From Malacoraja senta (lineage: Eukaryota), in contig CM075995.1 in assembly GCA_038087875.1 (NCBI GenBank), positions 10,542,001 to 10,606,000 of the forward strand: a DNA stretch of 64,000 nucleotides. Reading direction: 5' to 3'. Shown piece after piece: positions 1 to 10,289 of this stretch (within the stretch, counting starts at the first letter, position 1; every line of letters starts with the position of its first letter). The translations under genes were made by a program, and so were the position numbers. The notes under the pieces were generated by a model that saw only the letters and a list, made by a program, of their open reading frames with translations, was not told the DNA's origin and ran no database searches.

Positions 1-570
1 CCTTTTTACTTCAAGCCAAAGCACCTAACCCACCATTTGCAGTAGTGCTTTTTTAATTTCAAGCCAAAGCACCCAAACCATCGTTTGCAGTAGTGCATTT
101 TAACTTCAACCCATAGCACCCAAACCACCATTTGCAGTAGTGGCTTTTAACTCCAACCCAAAGCACCCAAACCACCATTAGCAGTAGTTCCTTTTAACTT
201 CAGGCCAAATCACCCAAACCACCATTTGCAGTAGTGCCTTTTAACTTCAAGCCAAAGCACCCAAACCACCATTTGTATTAGTGCCTTTTAACTTCAAGCC
301 AAAGCACCCAAAGCACAATTTGCAGTAGTGCCTTTTAACTTCAAGCCAAAGCACCCAAACCACCATTTGCAGTGTTGCCTTTTAACTTCAAGCCAAAGCA
401 CCCAAACCACCATTTACAGTAGTTCCTTTTAACTTCAACCCAAAGCACCCAAACCACCATTTGCAGTAGTGCCTTTTAACTTCAACCCAAAGCACCCAAA
501 CCATTTGCAGCAGTGCCTTTTAACTTCAACCCAAACAACCATTAGCAGACAGTGCGTTTTTACTTCAAAC
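1..570. repeat. 47-bp tandem satellite, about 12 copies, running off the left edge
   Basis: Unit GCCTTTTAACTTCAAGCCAAAGCACCCAAACCACCATTTGCAGTAGT repeated with minor variants. Confidence 0.95.
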
Positions 571-948
571 CAATCATATTTTCATTTTCAAACCACATTA
601 AGGGGACTCACATTTGAGTAGACATGTGTTCAGTGTTATTCATAGCTCAGAGAGACGTGAGCCTCTGACTTCCTCCATCTTGCAGAGACTGAGTGAGGCA
701 CACCACTTCCTGGTTTTATAGTCCCTCCCCCTCCCTCCAGCAGGGGCAGCAGATAGAATGGTGAATTTTTAAAAAACATGAATATATCTCTCATTTTTCA
801 TCGATGGGAAAAATCCTCTGGTCCAGGAAGACGGACGTGGGCTCTCAGCGAGGTGGCCAAAAATGACGGCCGTAGGTGGTGGCGTTCTCTTGGAAATCGC
901 ACCACAGTGGGCCAAAAGTGGTCAAGATCAGACTTTTAGTAATATAGA
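1..948 (-). mobile_element. 5' part of a non-autonomous Helitron-like element carrying the satellite
   Basis: Minus strand begins host A|TCTATATTACTAAAAG at 948, a Helitron-type 5'-TC end. Sub-terminal sequence resembles 43150-43518 plus 46810-46824. Confidence 0.7.
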
Positions 949-1639
949 TATTGTTATATTAAAATGTTATATTAAACATTTATAAATTTATATTGCTCCC
1001 GTATTTCCTTCTTCTTTATAATTTTGAACAAATTATTTGGAAAAGTGCTTGTAATCTTCTACAAAGTTTGGTGTTATTTAAACATGAAAACCCATAATGT
1101 TTATGGTACGCTATTATAAAATAGTAAGATTAAACGAGAACTTACCAGTTTGAAGTTTGATCTTTATTTTATGAGGACTTACAATGAGCGATTATGTGAA
1201 GAAGAGCCCGCCAGTCTTCCTGGACCAAAGCAACGGTGTGAAATCACAGATAACAGTAATTGAAGTGACAGTAAGATTAGAAAACTAGAACGACCAGATG
1301 ACCTTCATGATATGAGGGTTGGGAGCGGTGGGCATCGTAACTCCTCATAAAATAAAGATCAAACTTCAAACTGGTAAGTTCTCGTTTAATCTTACTATTT
1401 TACTTCGGAGTCACGTGAGTGATTCCGTGAAGATTTCAAAGCTCTGTGATTTCATGCCGTGGAAAAGTTCACACAAACACAACTGCATCAGTTGACCACA
1501 GATAAGGGAAACATTGATAATGCATACAGACATGACATGGATTTAAAACATGCTGATGCTATTTAATGAACAAATAATAATAATAGTAACCCCTCTCATC
1601 CGGGAGGAACTATAAAATAGAATGTATAATAGAGTTGGC

Positions 1640-2222
1640 AAATACTCCCGGCCTGGCTATGGGTTATTATAAAATGTTTGGAAAGCTCGTTCGTTAGACC
1701 ATCCTGCAGTTGCTAGGATGTAGTCCAGCGGAACGTACATAACCCTTGCTGCTGATGTTGTAGCAGCCCTGGTGGAATGAGATGAGAACATATTAGTATC
1801 TACTCCTGCATAAGCCAAAACCCCGTTTTAACCACCTGAAGATGGTCTGAACTGATACCTTCTCATGAGGTTTTTCGTAACTAACAAACATGGCTACTAT
1901 CAGAGCCTCTAAGGCACTAGGTGACCTTGACGTAAATGTGTGACCACACATAACCGAAGGTCCATGGGGTATGCCATGAGAACTAGTTTGAGACCTGACG
2001 CCCCTGGCCTGCTGTACTTAACTAAATCATGAACATAAAATATTATATTATTTGCAGGTGTAACCATCCTGTCCAGTCGCAATTTATGTAGTGACTGAAC
2101 CCATTGCGCACAGACCAGTGCCCTGACGATGACTACCTTATGAGAGACGGGCCAAAGATAAGGATGTAGCTGGAGCCCCCTGGTGAAGTAGTGTTAACAC
2201 AATGTCAATATCCCATACATGG
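1640..2222 (-). pseudogene. DIRS tyrosine recombinase, C-terminal remnant
   Basis: Manual translation gives HSTRAATTSAA...ILATAGWSNERAFQTFY, the H-x-x-R, W and catalytic Y pattern. Confidence 0.85.
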
Positions 2223-2223
2223 G

Positions 2224-3065
2224 ATTTGCGGCGGCACGGGATTACTGCAGTGGCCCCTACAGCCTGTCTGTCTTTTTTTTTATTTTTGACTAGTTAAATG
2301 TAGTTGTTCGTGGGGTTTTTTGTACTGCTTTTAACTGTGTATATGTGGGGTGGGGAGGGGGAAACTTTTAAAATATCTTCCCTGCACGGGTGACCCGACC
2401 TTTTCCCTGTCGGGTCTCCATTGTCATTGGGGCCTAGCACCGTGGAGCGGCCTCCAACCGGAACGACCAGGGGGCTCCAGTTGCGGAGCCTGCGGAGCTG
2501 CCGACTCACCATCGTGGGGCTGGCTGGCCTCGGAGCGTGAGGAGCGGTGGCGGCGCGTTGCTGCTCAGTCCGGAGCTCGGAGGCTCCAGCTGCAGCTGCA
2601 GACAGGTGGACTGTGATATCGGGAGCTCGCGGGTCCGGGCGAGAGACCGCTTTCCGGAGCTCCCGCAACGCAACTTCTCCAGCCCGAGTCGCGGGGTTAG
2701 AATGACCCGGAGCGGGGCCGTACTTCGCCCGGTGCGGCTTTAATGACTGCGGGACATTCCAGCGCCAGCCGTGGGCTCCAACGTGTGACTTTTGGGCCGG
2801 GCGCGGCCTCAACGGCCGTGGGACTTAACATTGCCCCCTGGGGCTTCAACATGGGGGGAAAATGGTGCAGGGGAGAGAAAAGACTTTGCCTTCCATCACA
2901 GTGAGGAGGAGATTCACTGTGATGGATGTTTTTCTGTAAATTGAATTGTTTGTGTGTCGTGTAGGAATTGTTTTGTTTGTATGGCTGTGGAAACGGAGTT
3001 TCATTTGAGCCTCTCTGAGGTTCAAATGACAAGAAATAAAATCTAATTTTGTTTTCTTTTTTTTT
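2224..3065 (+). mobile_element. GC-rich non-coding SINE-like retroelement inserted in DIRS
   Basis: Interrupts YR. Has the shared hairpin at 2888-2928 and a 3' stem-loop at 3001-3029 followed by AATAAA. Confidence 0.7.
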
Positions 3066-3735
3066 CGTGTGCTTCGGCCTGGGAGAACTTGTGTTAAAGA
3101 TATCCTTTATAAACTGGGTATCAGAGGGTGAGACCCGATAGAGTGGGTCCCGCTCGCTGCAGGAAATATGATGTGAAGGCCCGTTGGGCTCAGTTAATGG
3201 TTTTATAAGTTAATTTATTGTCAAGGACCCATTTGAAATGAACTCCAAGACTCAGTAATCCGTGCCGTATTATATGTAACATAGTATTTAAACAAAACGC
3301 TTCCCATCTCCTGAAGAGGAAATGTACTGATTTTTTGGTGCTACCTCTGCACTCTGCAGTGAGCACATACATGGATCGGTCTGACAACCCGAGCCGTAGG
3401 AGCAGTCTTCTTAGAGTCTGCAAGTCAATGAATTGATTTTATCATGCAGGGGCTGGTTACCCGGGGCGCAGTCTGAACCAGCACATTTTTATGTTTAGAA
3501 TAACCATATAAGTTTCTATCATATTCCCTACATAAGCGGGAACCATGGCTGCATAGGCCAGTCAGACAGTACGAAAACCCCTGAAGCGGGATCTTGCAGA
3601 ATTTATTGCAAGACCCGACTGATGAGGCAAAATAGAGAAAAGACATAAAAGAACATTCCTCCCTCGTGTAGCGAGAATGTATCTCTCGCCACTATGATCC
3701 ACGTATTTTTGCAACCGGTGAATGTAAACACTACC

Positions 3736-3807
3736 TGCTGTGACTCGGATCCCAACCGAGGTTGCTGTGGCCATAGCGCAGAGTACTAACCACTATACGA
3801 TTACGGC
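3736..3807 (-). tRNA. tRNA-His-derived copy, probably a pseudogene (anticodon reads ATG)
   Basis: Minus strand GCCGTAATCGTATAGTGGTTAGTACTCTGCGCTATGGCCACAGCAACCTCGGTTGGGATCCGAGTCACAGCA (72 nt), about 7 changes from vertebrate tRNA-His-GTG as recalled. Two acceptor-stem mismatches and an altered T-loop. Confidence 0.85.
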
Positions 3808-4971
3808 CACACAATTTATCTGTGTGCTATCTGCGCCGAGCCTGGATACAAACATATCGATATTTGGTGTTCCATTGAGCCATAATGTCATAAAATACTT
3901 TGTGATCCAACATCCATTCTGTGTTTTCATTGATTTTACGTGATTATACACCACCACCAAATGAGGTTAGGTAAATATGATAGGATACTTTGACTGGATT
4001 GCACCCATGTGACTAACATATGCCACCACCACAGTGTATCAACTTGGAATTGAGCATGCAAATTATGCATATTCGCACAATACCCCTTTAACACATAGAA
4101 TGCACATAGTGTCTATAGATAGTTGATACCAATAACTGGAGAATTGGTAACTCATGCAAATCCCTTCTGCCTGCGTGACTAGAGATGGCATTCGTAATTT
4201 TTCATCTTTGAGCACTAGCATCAGTTTGTAATATAACTGAAGATTTAGTGACCAAAACCTACTGGAGCAATGCTGAATACTGTTCGTCCACCATAGTGAC
4301 TTTGGTAGCTTCAGCTGGTAATAGCATAGGTCTGTTAACGATGACCTACATGGCACCTGAGAGGTTACTGCTTTGCACGTTGTAAGTTCTGATAATGCAA
4401 AGGTCCAATTTGCACAGCTGAAACACAGCTGCTATATTGCCAATTACACTTGATGAATAGAAGGCTGCTTCATAACAACAAGGTTGTTACAGGCTTCTAT
4501 TGTTTACACTTTCTTGCCCCAGGCCGAAGTCACAGACAAATTAATAATTAAAGGTAAATCCCAATAATCAATAACGCTAGTTGGTATCAACTTAAATTTA
4601 ACTGGATGGTTGAGGAACCTCAATTTCTCAATTATAGTTTGCGGCTGAAACTGTTGATTTTAGCAAAATACAGCATTTGGAATATCCAGGTAAGCCAGAA
4701 TAAGTGATTTTGAGCTTTTTTCAGTCCAAGCACCGGTTTAGTAATTTGGTAAATAACCTGGGAGCTGAAGTTAGCCCATTTTGCAACGCTTTAACTGTTA
4801 TCATTGTCCCATCCAGATAAATTTCAAATGACTCCGGTGATCCCAGAAAATGGAAATCAGTTGTTTAACAGTAACGAAGTTCCATATTCTGAAAAGTCTC
4901 TGTTGCACATGCGAGTTAAATCAAAGATGAACTGACATCCTCCATCGTTCACAATGAACAGGCCACACCTG

Positions 4972-5232
4972 CCATAATTCCGTGCCTACCTCGAACGATA
5001 ATTCTGACCAGATTCCCGAGCCTGTCTCGAAAGGTACTGAGCCTGCCTTGAAAGACAACTCTGGCCATAATTCTGGGCATGCCTTGAAAGACAATTCCGG
5101 CCATAATTCTGAGCCTGCCTCTAAAGACAACTCTGCAAATATTTCCGAGCTTGTCTCGGAAGGCAATCCTGGCCTAATACTGAGCCTGCCTCGAAAGACA
5201 ACTCTGGCCCCAATTCCAAGCCATGCTTGGAA
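4972..5232. repeat. 36-bp minisatellite, about 7 degenerate units, inside DIRS
   Basis: Variants of CCATAATTCTGAGCCTGCCTTGAAAGACAACTCTGG. Confidence 0.85.
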
Positions 5233-6800
5233 CCCTTGTATACTGTGCAAAATAAACCAATCACATGTTATCATTTTAGTTTATAAACGGATCTGAATCT
5301 CATGTTATCATTGTCATTTGTACAAAACACAAGTGTAAATATTACCAACTTGTAAATGGTCCACATACCCCATGTTTCGGAAGAACCAGACCCACCTACC
5401 TCCATGGTTACCGGTGGTCTTATGGTAAGCCCAAATGCCCCTGATGCGGGTTCTATTCCCGTCCTTGATTGGAGAGTAGGACTGGTCGTGTGTGTGTACT
5501 CATATTTCCTGAGACCGGCATGGACCTTGACCTGAAAGACCTCAGCCCAGCTTTCAAGCTGACTCCAGCTTCAGTGAACTGCTTACTGCTGATGAGGTGG
5601 GAGGGGGTGTCGTTGGTACCTTGATTAGTCCGACAGCTTTTGCATCCTCATCCAGTTATACCTGTTGGATAAGTCTTACCTGAAGAAAAGCTTCGGCGGC
5701 TGGTTTCATTTCTCCAATGTCACCCCTGATAGCGCTATTCACTGTCAGCCGTGAGGGGAACTCTGGCCCCTTCCGGGTTTTCTGCCCATGGCTGGAACTA
5801 ACTCTTCCGGCAGTAACCCTTCGTTTGCGATTATTTCCTTGGAACCATATGCATGTGCTCCAGTATGTTCCACGGACATACTTCGAATTTGAAGTCAGTT
5901 ACACATTGACCACTCACACTCCCCTCCACAGAGAGGGAGATTCATAGGCAGCCCTGAAAACAGGTGCTGCCGCAGGCCCCTGAGGATACCTGCGCTGATA
6001 CGGCCCCTCCCACGGACCTATATCAGGATTTTTGCTCTGTCAGGCAGGAACAGACCCCGAATGCTCCCCTCATCAGAGAGGGAGACATTGTGCAGCCCTG
6101 AAACAGGTGCCACTGCCGTGGGGCCCCGAGGAGTCCCGCGCTGATAACTGCATCCTTTGGAGTATATCATTGTGGAGCAACCTCTCCATCAGGTGCTCCA
6201 TGTGGGTTTAGACGTCAGCAGACGCTACCCATTGAAGGAGGGAAACCTCCTGGCCCGACTCATCCGAGTCCAAAGGCGTGACCGACTTACTCCTGGCTTT
6301 CCCCTATTTCTGGGGCACCATAGCTGTCTTGGAGCCGCTGACTGCACTGTCAGCGACTCGGGTGGCGAGACCAACTTACCCTTGGTTTTACCCCCGTTCT
6401 GGGGAACCATAGCGGTCTGGGAGCCGCTGACCCCATTGTCAGCGACTTAGGTAGCGAACCCGACGGCCGCAGGCTACCCGCGCTTCCGCGGTCCGGACCA
6501 GGATCCTCTTGCCCCAGGGTCCATAACCGGTTTCCCCGTGGCCCGTCCGGACTTCGCCCCGAAATCATCCATCAGGAAGAACTCTGTAAGAAGAGTTTCC
6601 TGCAAGAAAAAACAGAACCTGGAAATAAGTTTAAACTTACCTGCAGGTTTAAACTTACCGCTGGAAGGAGCAGGGCGCCTGCCAGTCAGTCGCTGCGCCA
6701 TGCACAAGGCGTAATGACATGCATGCGCACTGGCGGGCACTTCTTCATGGAATCACTCACGTAACTCCGAAGTAAAATACCAGACCACAATCCTACATGC

Positions 6801-7148
6801 GAAGATAGACACAATCTGCTGGAGTAACTCAGCGGAACAGGCAGCATATCTGGGGAGAAGGAATGGGTGACGTTTCGAGTCGAGACCCTTCTTCAAACTG
6901 AGCGTAAGGGGAGATGGAGACATAGAGATATGGAAGGGTAAGGTGTGAAAACGAGAAATCTAAGGTGATGAAGCTCAAGGAAAATATAGAATGGAGAATC
7001 CAACTTGCATCGGTAATTCTTAATAAGCAGTGCCTTAGAGGTCTTTAAGAGCAATCTGAAGAAGTGTTTCGGCCCGAAACGTTGCCTATTTCCTTCGCTC
7101 CATAGATGCTGTTGCACCCGCTGAGTTTCTCCAGCACTTTTGTCTACC
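6801..7148. mobile_element. Penelope-like pseudo-LTR fragments in inverted arrangement, with hammerhead cores
   Basis: TAGACACAATCTGCTGGAGTAACTCAGCGG is inverted to CCGCTGAGTTTCTCCAGCACTTTTGTCTA. TGAAGA..GAAACG cores at ~6867-6896(-) and ~7056-7083(+). Confidence 0.75.
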
Positions 7149-7516
7149 AGTGCCTTAATGGTTCTGTTTTGAAAGGTAAAGATGCAATAATCACCAGCCA
7201 GCTTCACAAGCTTGTTGCCTGTCCATGAACCCATCAAACTGAACAGGAATCTCTGCTTATGAAAGTATTTTGGCAATTGATTCTAAATTAATTTTAAACA
7301 CGTCTATTGTAGCTAATTATCAAAATGACTCTAATTCTTATTTAATTGTAATGTCATCATGCAGCCAAGCCAATAGTAACCACATAACAGTTTTCCACAT
7401 CATTGAAACTATTATTTTACACTTTGTATCGTGTTATATTTGGCACCAAGTGATCCTATTTTATTATTTTCTACTACAACGAAGCTGATTTTCATGGTCA
7501 TCAGGGCTAATAAGAA

Positions 7517-8048
7517 GGTAGACACAAAATGCTGGAGTAACTCATAGAAACATAGAAAATAGGTGCAGGAGAAGGCCAGCACCGCCATTCATTGTGATCA
7601 TGGTTGATAGTCCCCAATTAATAAACCGTGCCTGCCTTCTCCCCATATCTCTTGATTCCACTACACCCTGGAGCTCTATCTCACTCTCTCTTAAATCCAT
7701 CCAGTGATTTGGCCTCCACTGCCCTCTGTGGCAGGGAATTCCACAAATTCACAACTCTCTGGGTGAAAATGTGTTTTCTCACCTCAGTCTTAAATGGCCT
7801 CCCCTTTATTCTAAGACTGTGACCCCTGGTTCTGGACTCGCCCAACATTGGGAACATTTTTCCTGCCTCTAGCTTGTTCAGTCCTCAGCGAAAAACTCAG
7901 CGGAACAGGCAGCATCTCTGGAGAGAAGGAATGGGTGACGTTGTGTCGAGACCCATTCTTCAGACCCTTCTTCGGACTTCAGGCTGAGTTACATCAGCAT
8001 TTTGTGTCTAACTTCGATTGAAATCAGCATCTGCAGTTCTTTCCTACA
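7517..8048. mobile_element. Penelope-like pseudo-LTR fragment split by a HER1 3' end
   Basis: GTAGACACAAAATGCTGGAGTAACTC resumes as CTCAGCGGAACAGG after the HER1 piece. Ends in CATCTGCAGTTCTTTCCTACA. Confidence 0.7.
7544..7883 (-). mobile_element. HER1-type CR1 LINE 3' fragment
   Basis: ATAGAAACATAGAAAATAGG tail plus the ORF2 C-terminal region. Confidence 0.9.
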
Positions 8049-8269
8049 ATACATAATAAGATATGTGGAAACGGTGAGAGAGGAGTATTGATTGCTCTCT
8101 TGACTGCTGAGGGGACAGTAAGATAAATTTGTCTTGTCTCCTCTCGAAAACAATATGAGTGTGTAAATTCTGTTTTGTCGTTAGAAATGCTACATCAGAA
8201 GGAGGCTTTGAGGAATATAAAATAAGTAAGTAATAACTCAAGTGGCCCCAGAGGACTCAAGAGTAGCCA

Positions 8270-8902
8270 GCTCCTTTGTTTATGAAGGGAAGTTGAGAGA
8301 ATCCATGTATTTATAGGCTGGTGAGCCTCACGTCAGTGGTTGAGCATCTAATTGGAGAGAATTTTTGGGTTAGGATTTACCCACATTCGGAAGAAAATGG
8401 CCTAGTTATGGACAATCAGCATGGCTTTGTCCATAGTAGGTCATGTTTTATAGATTTTATTTCATTTTTTGAGGAAGTGACAAAGGTGATCGATGAGGGT
8501 AGGGCAGTGGATTTTACCTACATGGATTTTAGAAAGGCAATTAATAAATCCCCTCATGGTAGACTGATCCAGAAGATTAAAATGCATTGGTTCCATGGCA
8601 AATTAATCATATGGATTCAGAACTGGCTTACTGGTAGAAGCCAGATGGTTCTGGTGGAAGGGTATACATTTGAGGAAATGCTCCTCCTCAGAGCTGCTAC
8701 CAATTTTGTTGGCCCAATCTATATGTGGTGAACATATGCTGCACTCCCTCAATAGTGATAATGTCCTTCCACCAATTAGGAGACCAAAATTGCACGCAAA
8801 ACTCCAGGTGCAGTCTCACCAGGGCCCTGCGTAACTGCAGTAGGACCACTTTGCTCCTAAACTCAAATTCTCTCGCAATGAAGGCCAACATGCCACTAGC
8901 TT
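8270..8902. mobile_element. Two CR1 RT fragments (8270-8660 +, ~8690-8902 -)
   Basis: QHGFVHSRSC..YMDFRKA (+) and LVRLHLEFCVQFWSP (-). Confidence 0.85.
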
Positions 8903-9674
8903 TGTGTAGGAATGAACTGCAGACGTTACACCTCGAACAGAACTCACTGACAACTGCACCCATGCAGAACTTACTGACTTCACCAACTCCATGACTAATT
9001 TCCATCCTATGCTCAAATTCACCTGGACCATCCAACGAGATACCACTTATGGCCACATGTTCCCATATCCACCCCTTTCTGCTTTTTGCCGAGACCGTTT
9101 CCTCCGTAATCCCTGGTCAACTCGTTCCTTCCCAACCAGGTACTTTCCCCTGCAACCGCAGGAGATGCAACACCTGTCCCTTTACCCCTCCCCCCGACTC
9201 CACCGAAGGACCCTTTCCAGGTGAAGCGGAGGTTCACGTGCACCTCCTCCAACCTCATCTACTGCATCCGCTGTTCCAGGTGTCAACAGCTGTACATTGG
9301 CGAGCGCAAGCGCAGACTCGGCAATCGTTTCGCTGAACACCTCCGCTCAGTCCGCCTTAATCTACCTGATCTCCAGGTTGCTTAGCACTTTAATTCACCC
9401 TCCCATTCCCAATCTGATATTTTGCTTGGGTAGCTTACACCTCAGCGGTATGAACATTGACTTTGCTAACAACAAATAGCCCTTGCTTTCCCTCTCTCTC
9501 CATCCCCTCTCCATTCCCAGATTTCCTACCATTCTTATTGTCACTGAATATATTCTATCTCTCTCCCGCTCAACCATTCCTTCGTTCCAGAGATGCTGCA
9601 TGTCCCGCTGAGTTACTCCATCATTTTGTGCCTTCCTTTGATTTAAACCAGCATCTGCAGTTCTTTCCTACACA
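8903..9674 (+). mobile_element. Internally deleted Penelope-like element with GIY-YIG endonuclease remnant
   Basis: GTFPCNRRRCNTC, then SSNLIYCIRCSRCQQLYIGE..RLGNRFAEHLRS (9140-9420). 8903-8925 is inverted to the tail at 9652-9674. Confidence 0.85.
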
Positions 9675-9675
9675 T

Positions 9676-10105
9676 TGAGAGGTTGAGTAGGCTGGGTGTC
9701 TATTCCATGGAGCGCAGGAGGATGAGGGGTGAACGTATAGAGGTGTACATAATCATGAGAGGAATAGATCGTGTAGATGCACAGATTCTCTTGCCCAGAG
9801 TAGGGGATTCGAGGACAAGAGGACATATGTTCAAGGTAAGGGGAAAAAGATGTAATCGGAATCCGAGGGGTAATTTTGTCACAGAAAGGGTGGTGGGTGT
9901 ATGGAACAAGCTGACAGAGGAGGTAGTTGAAGCTGGTACTATCCCATCGTTCAACAAGCAGTTAGATAGGTACATGGATAGGACAGGATTTGGAGGGATA
10001 TGGAGCAAGCGCAGATTAGTGTAGCTGGGACATTGTTGACCGGTGTGGGCAAGTTGGGCCGAAGGGCCTGGTTCCACACTGTATCACTCCATGGCTCTCT
10101 ATGAC
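9676..10105 (+). mobile_element. CR1 LINE 3' fragment
   Basis: RLGVYSMERRRMRG..TRGH..RVVGVWN. Confidence 0.9.
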
Positions 10106-10289
10106 CAAGTTAACATATTGGGCTGAACCGTTTTGCCTACATTTGGCCAAAATGTAAGGGTTGTTGTCCTTGATCTGAGCTTAAAAAGTGCGGAAGAGGT
10201 TTAAACGGAATAGTTGGAGAAGGCAGAAAAGGTGAGAGGCATGACCAATTAAAGGTAATTTTAAGGTAATACAGGCAATTTAAAGTTAA

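Larger units (their letters stand above)
1117..6779 (-). mobile_element. Decayed DIRS1-like tyrosine-recombinase retrotransposon
   Basis: ITR-like pair 1186-1215 and 6730-6760. ICR 1333-1433 matches both termini. Minus-strand remnants: RT (ALQNGLTSAPRLF ~4750-4790, LAYLDI ~4681-4698), MT-like (GTPNIDMFVSRL ~3838-3873), YR (SHSTRAATTSAARV ~1741-1782). Confidence 0.92.

Noticed and set aside
1..570. CRISPR-like appearance of the tandem arrays (also 42745-43100 and 55258-55420)
   Set aside because: Units abut without unique spacers, there are no cas genes and the context is eukaryotic
2294..2812. ORFs in GC-rich elements (also 22596-23003, 32384-33034, 37829-38500)
   Set aside because: Stop-poor or low-complexity DNA with no domain motifs
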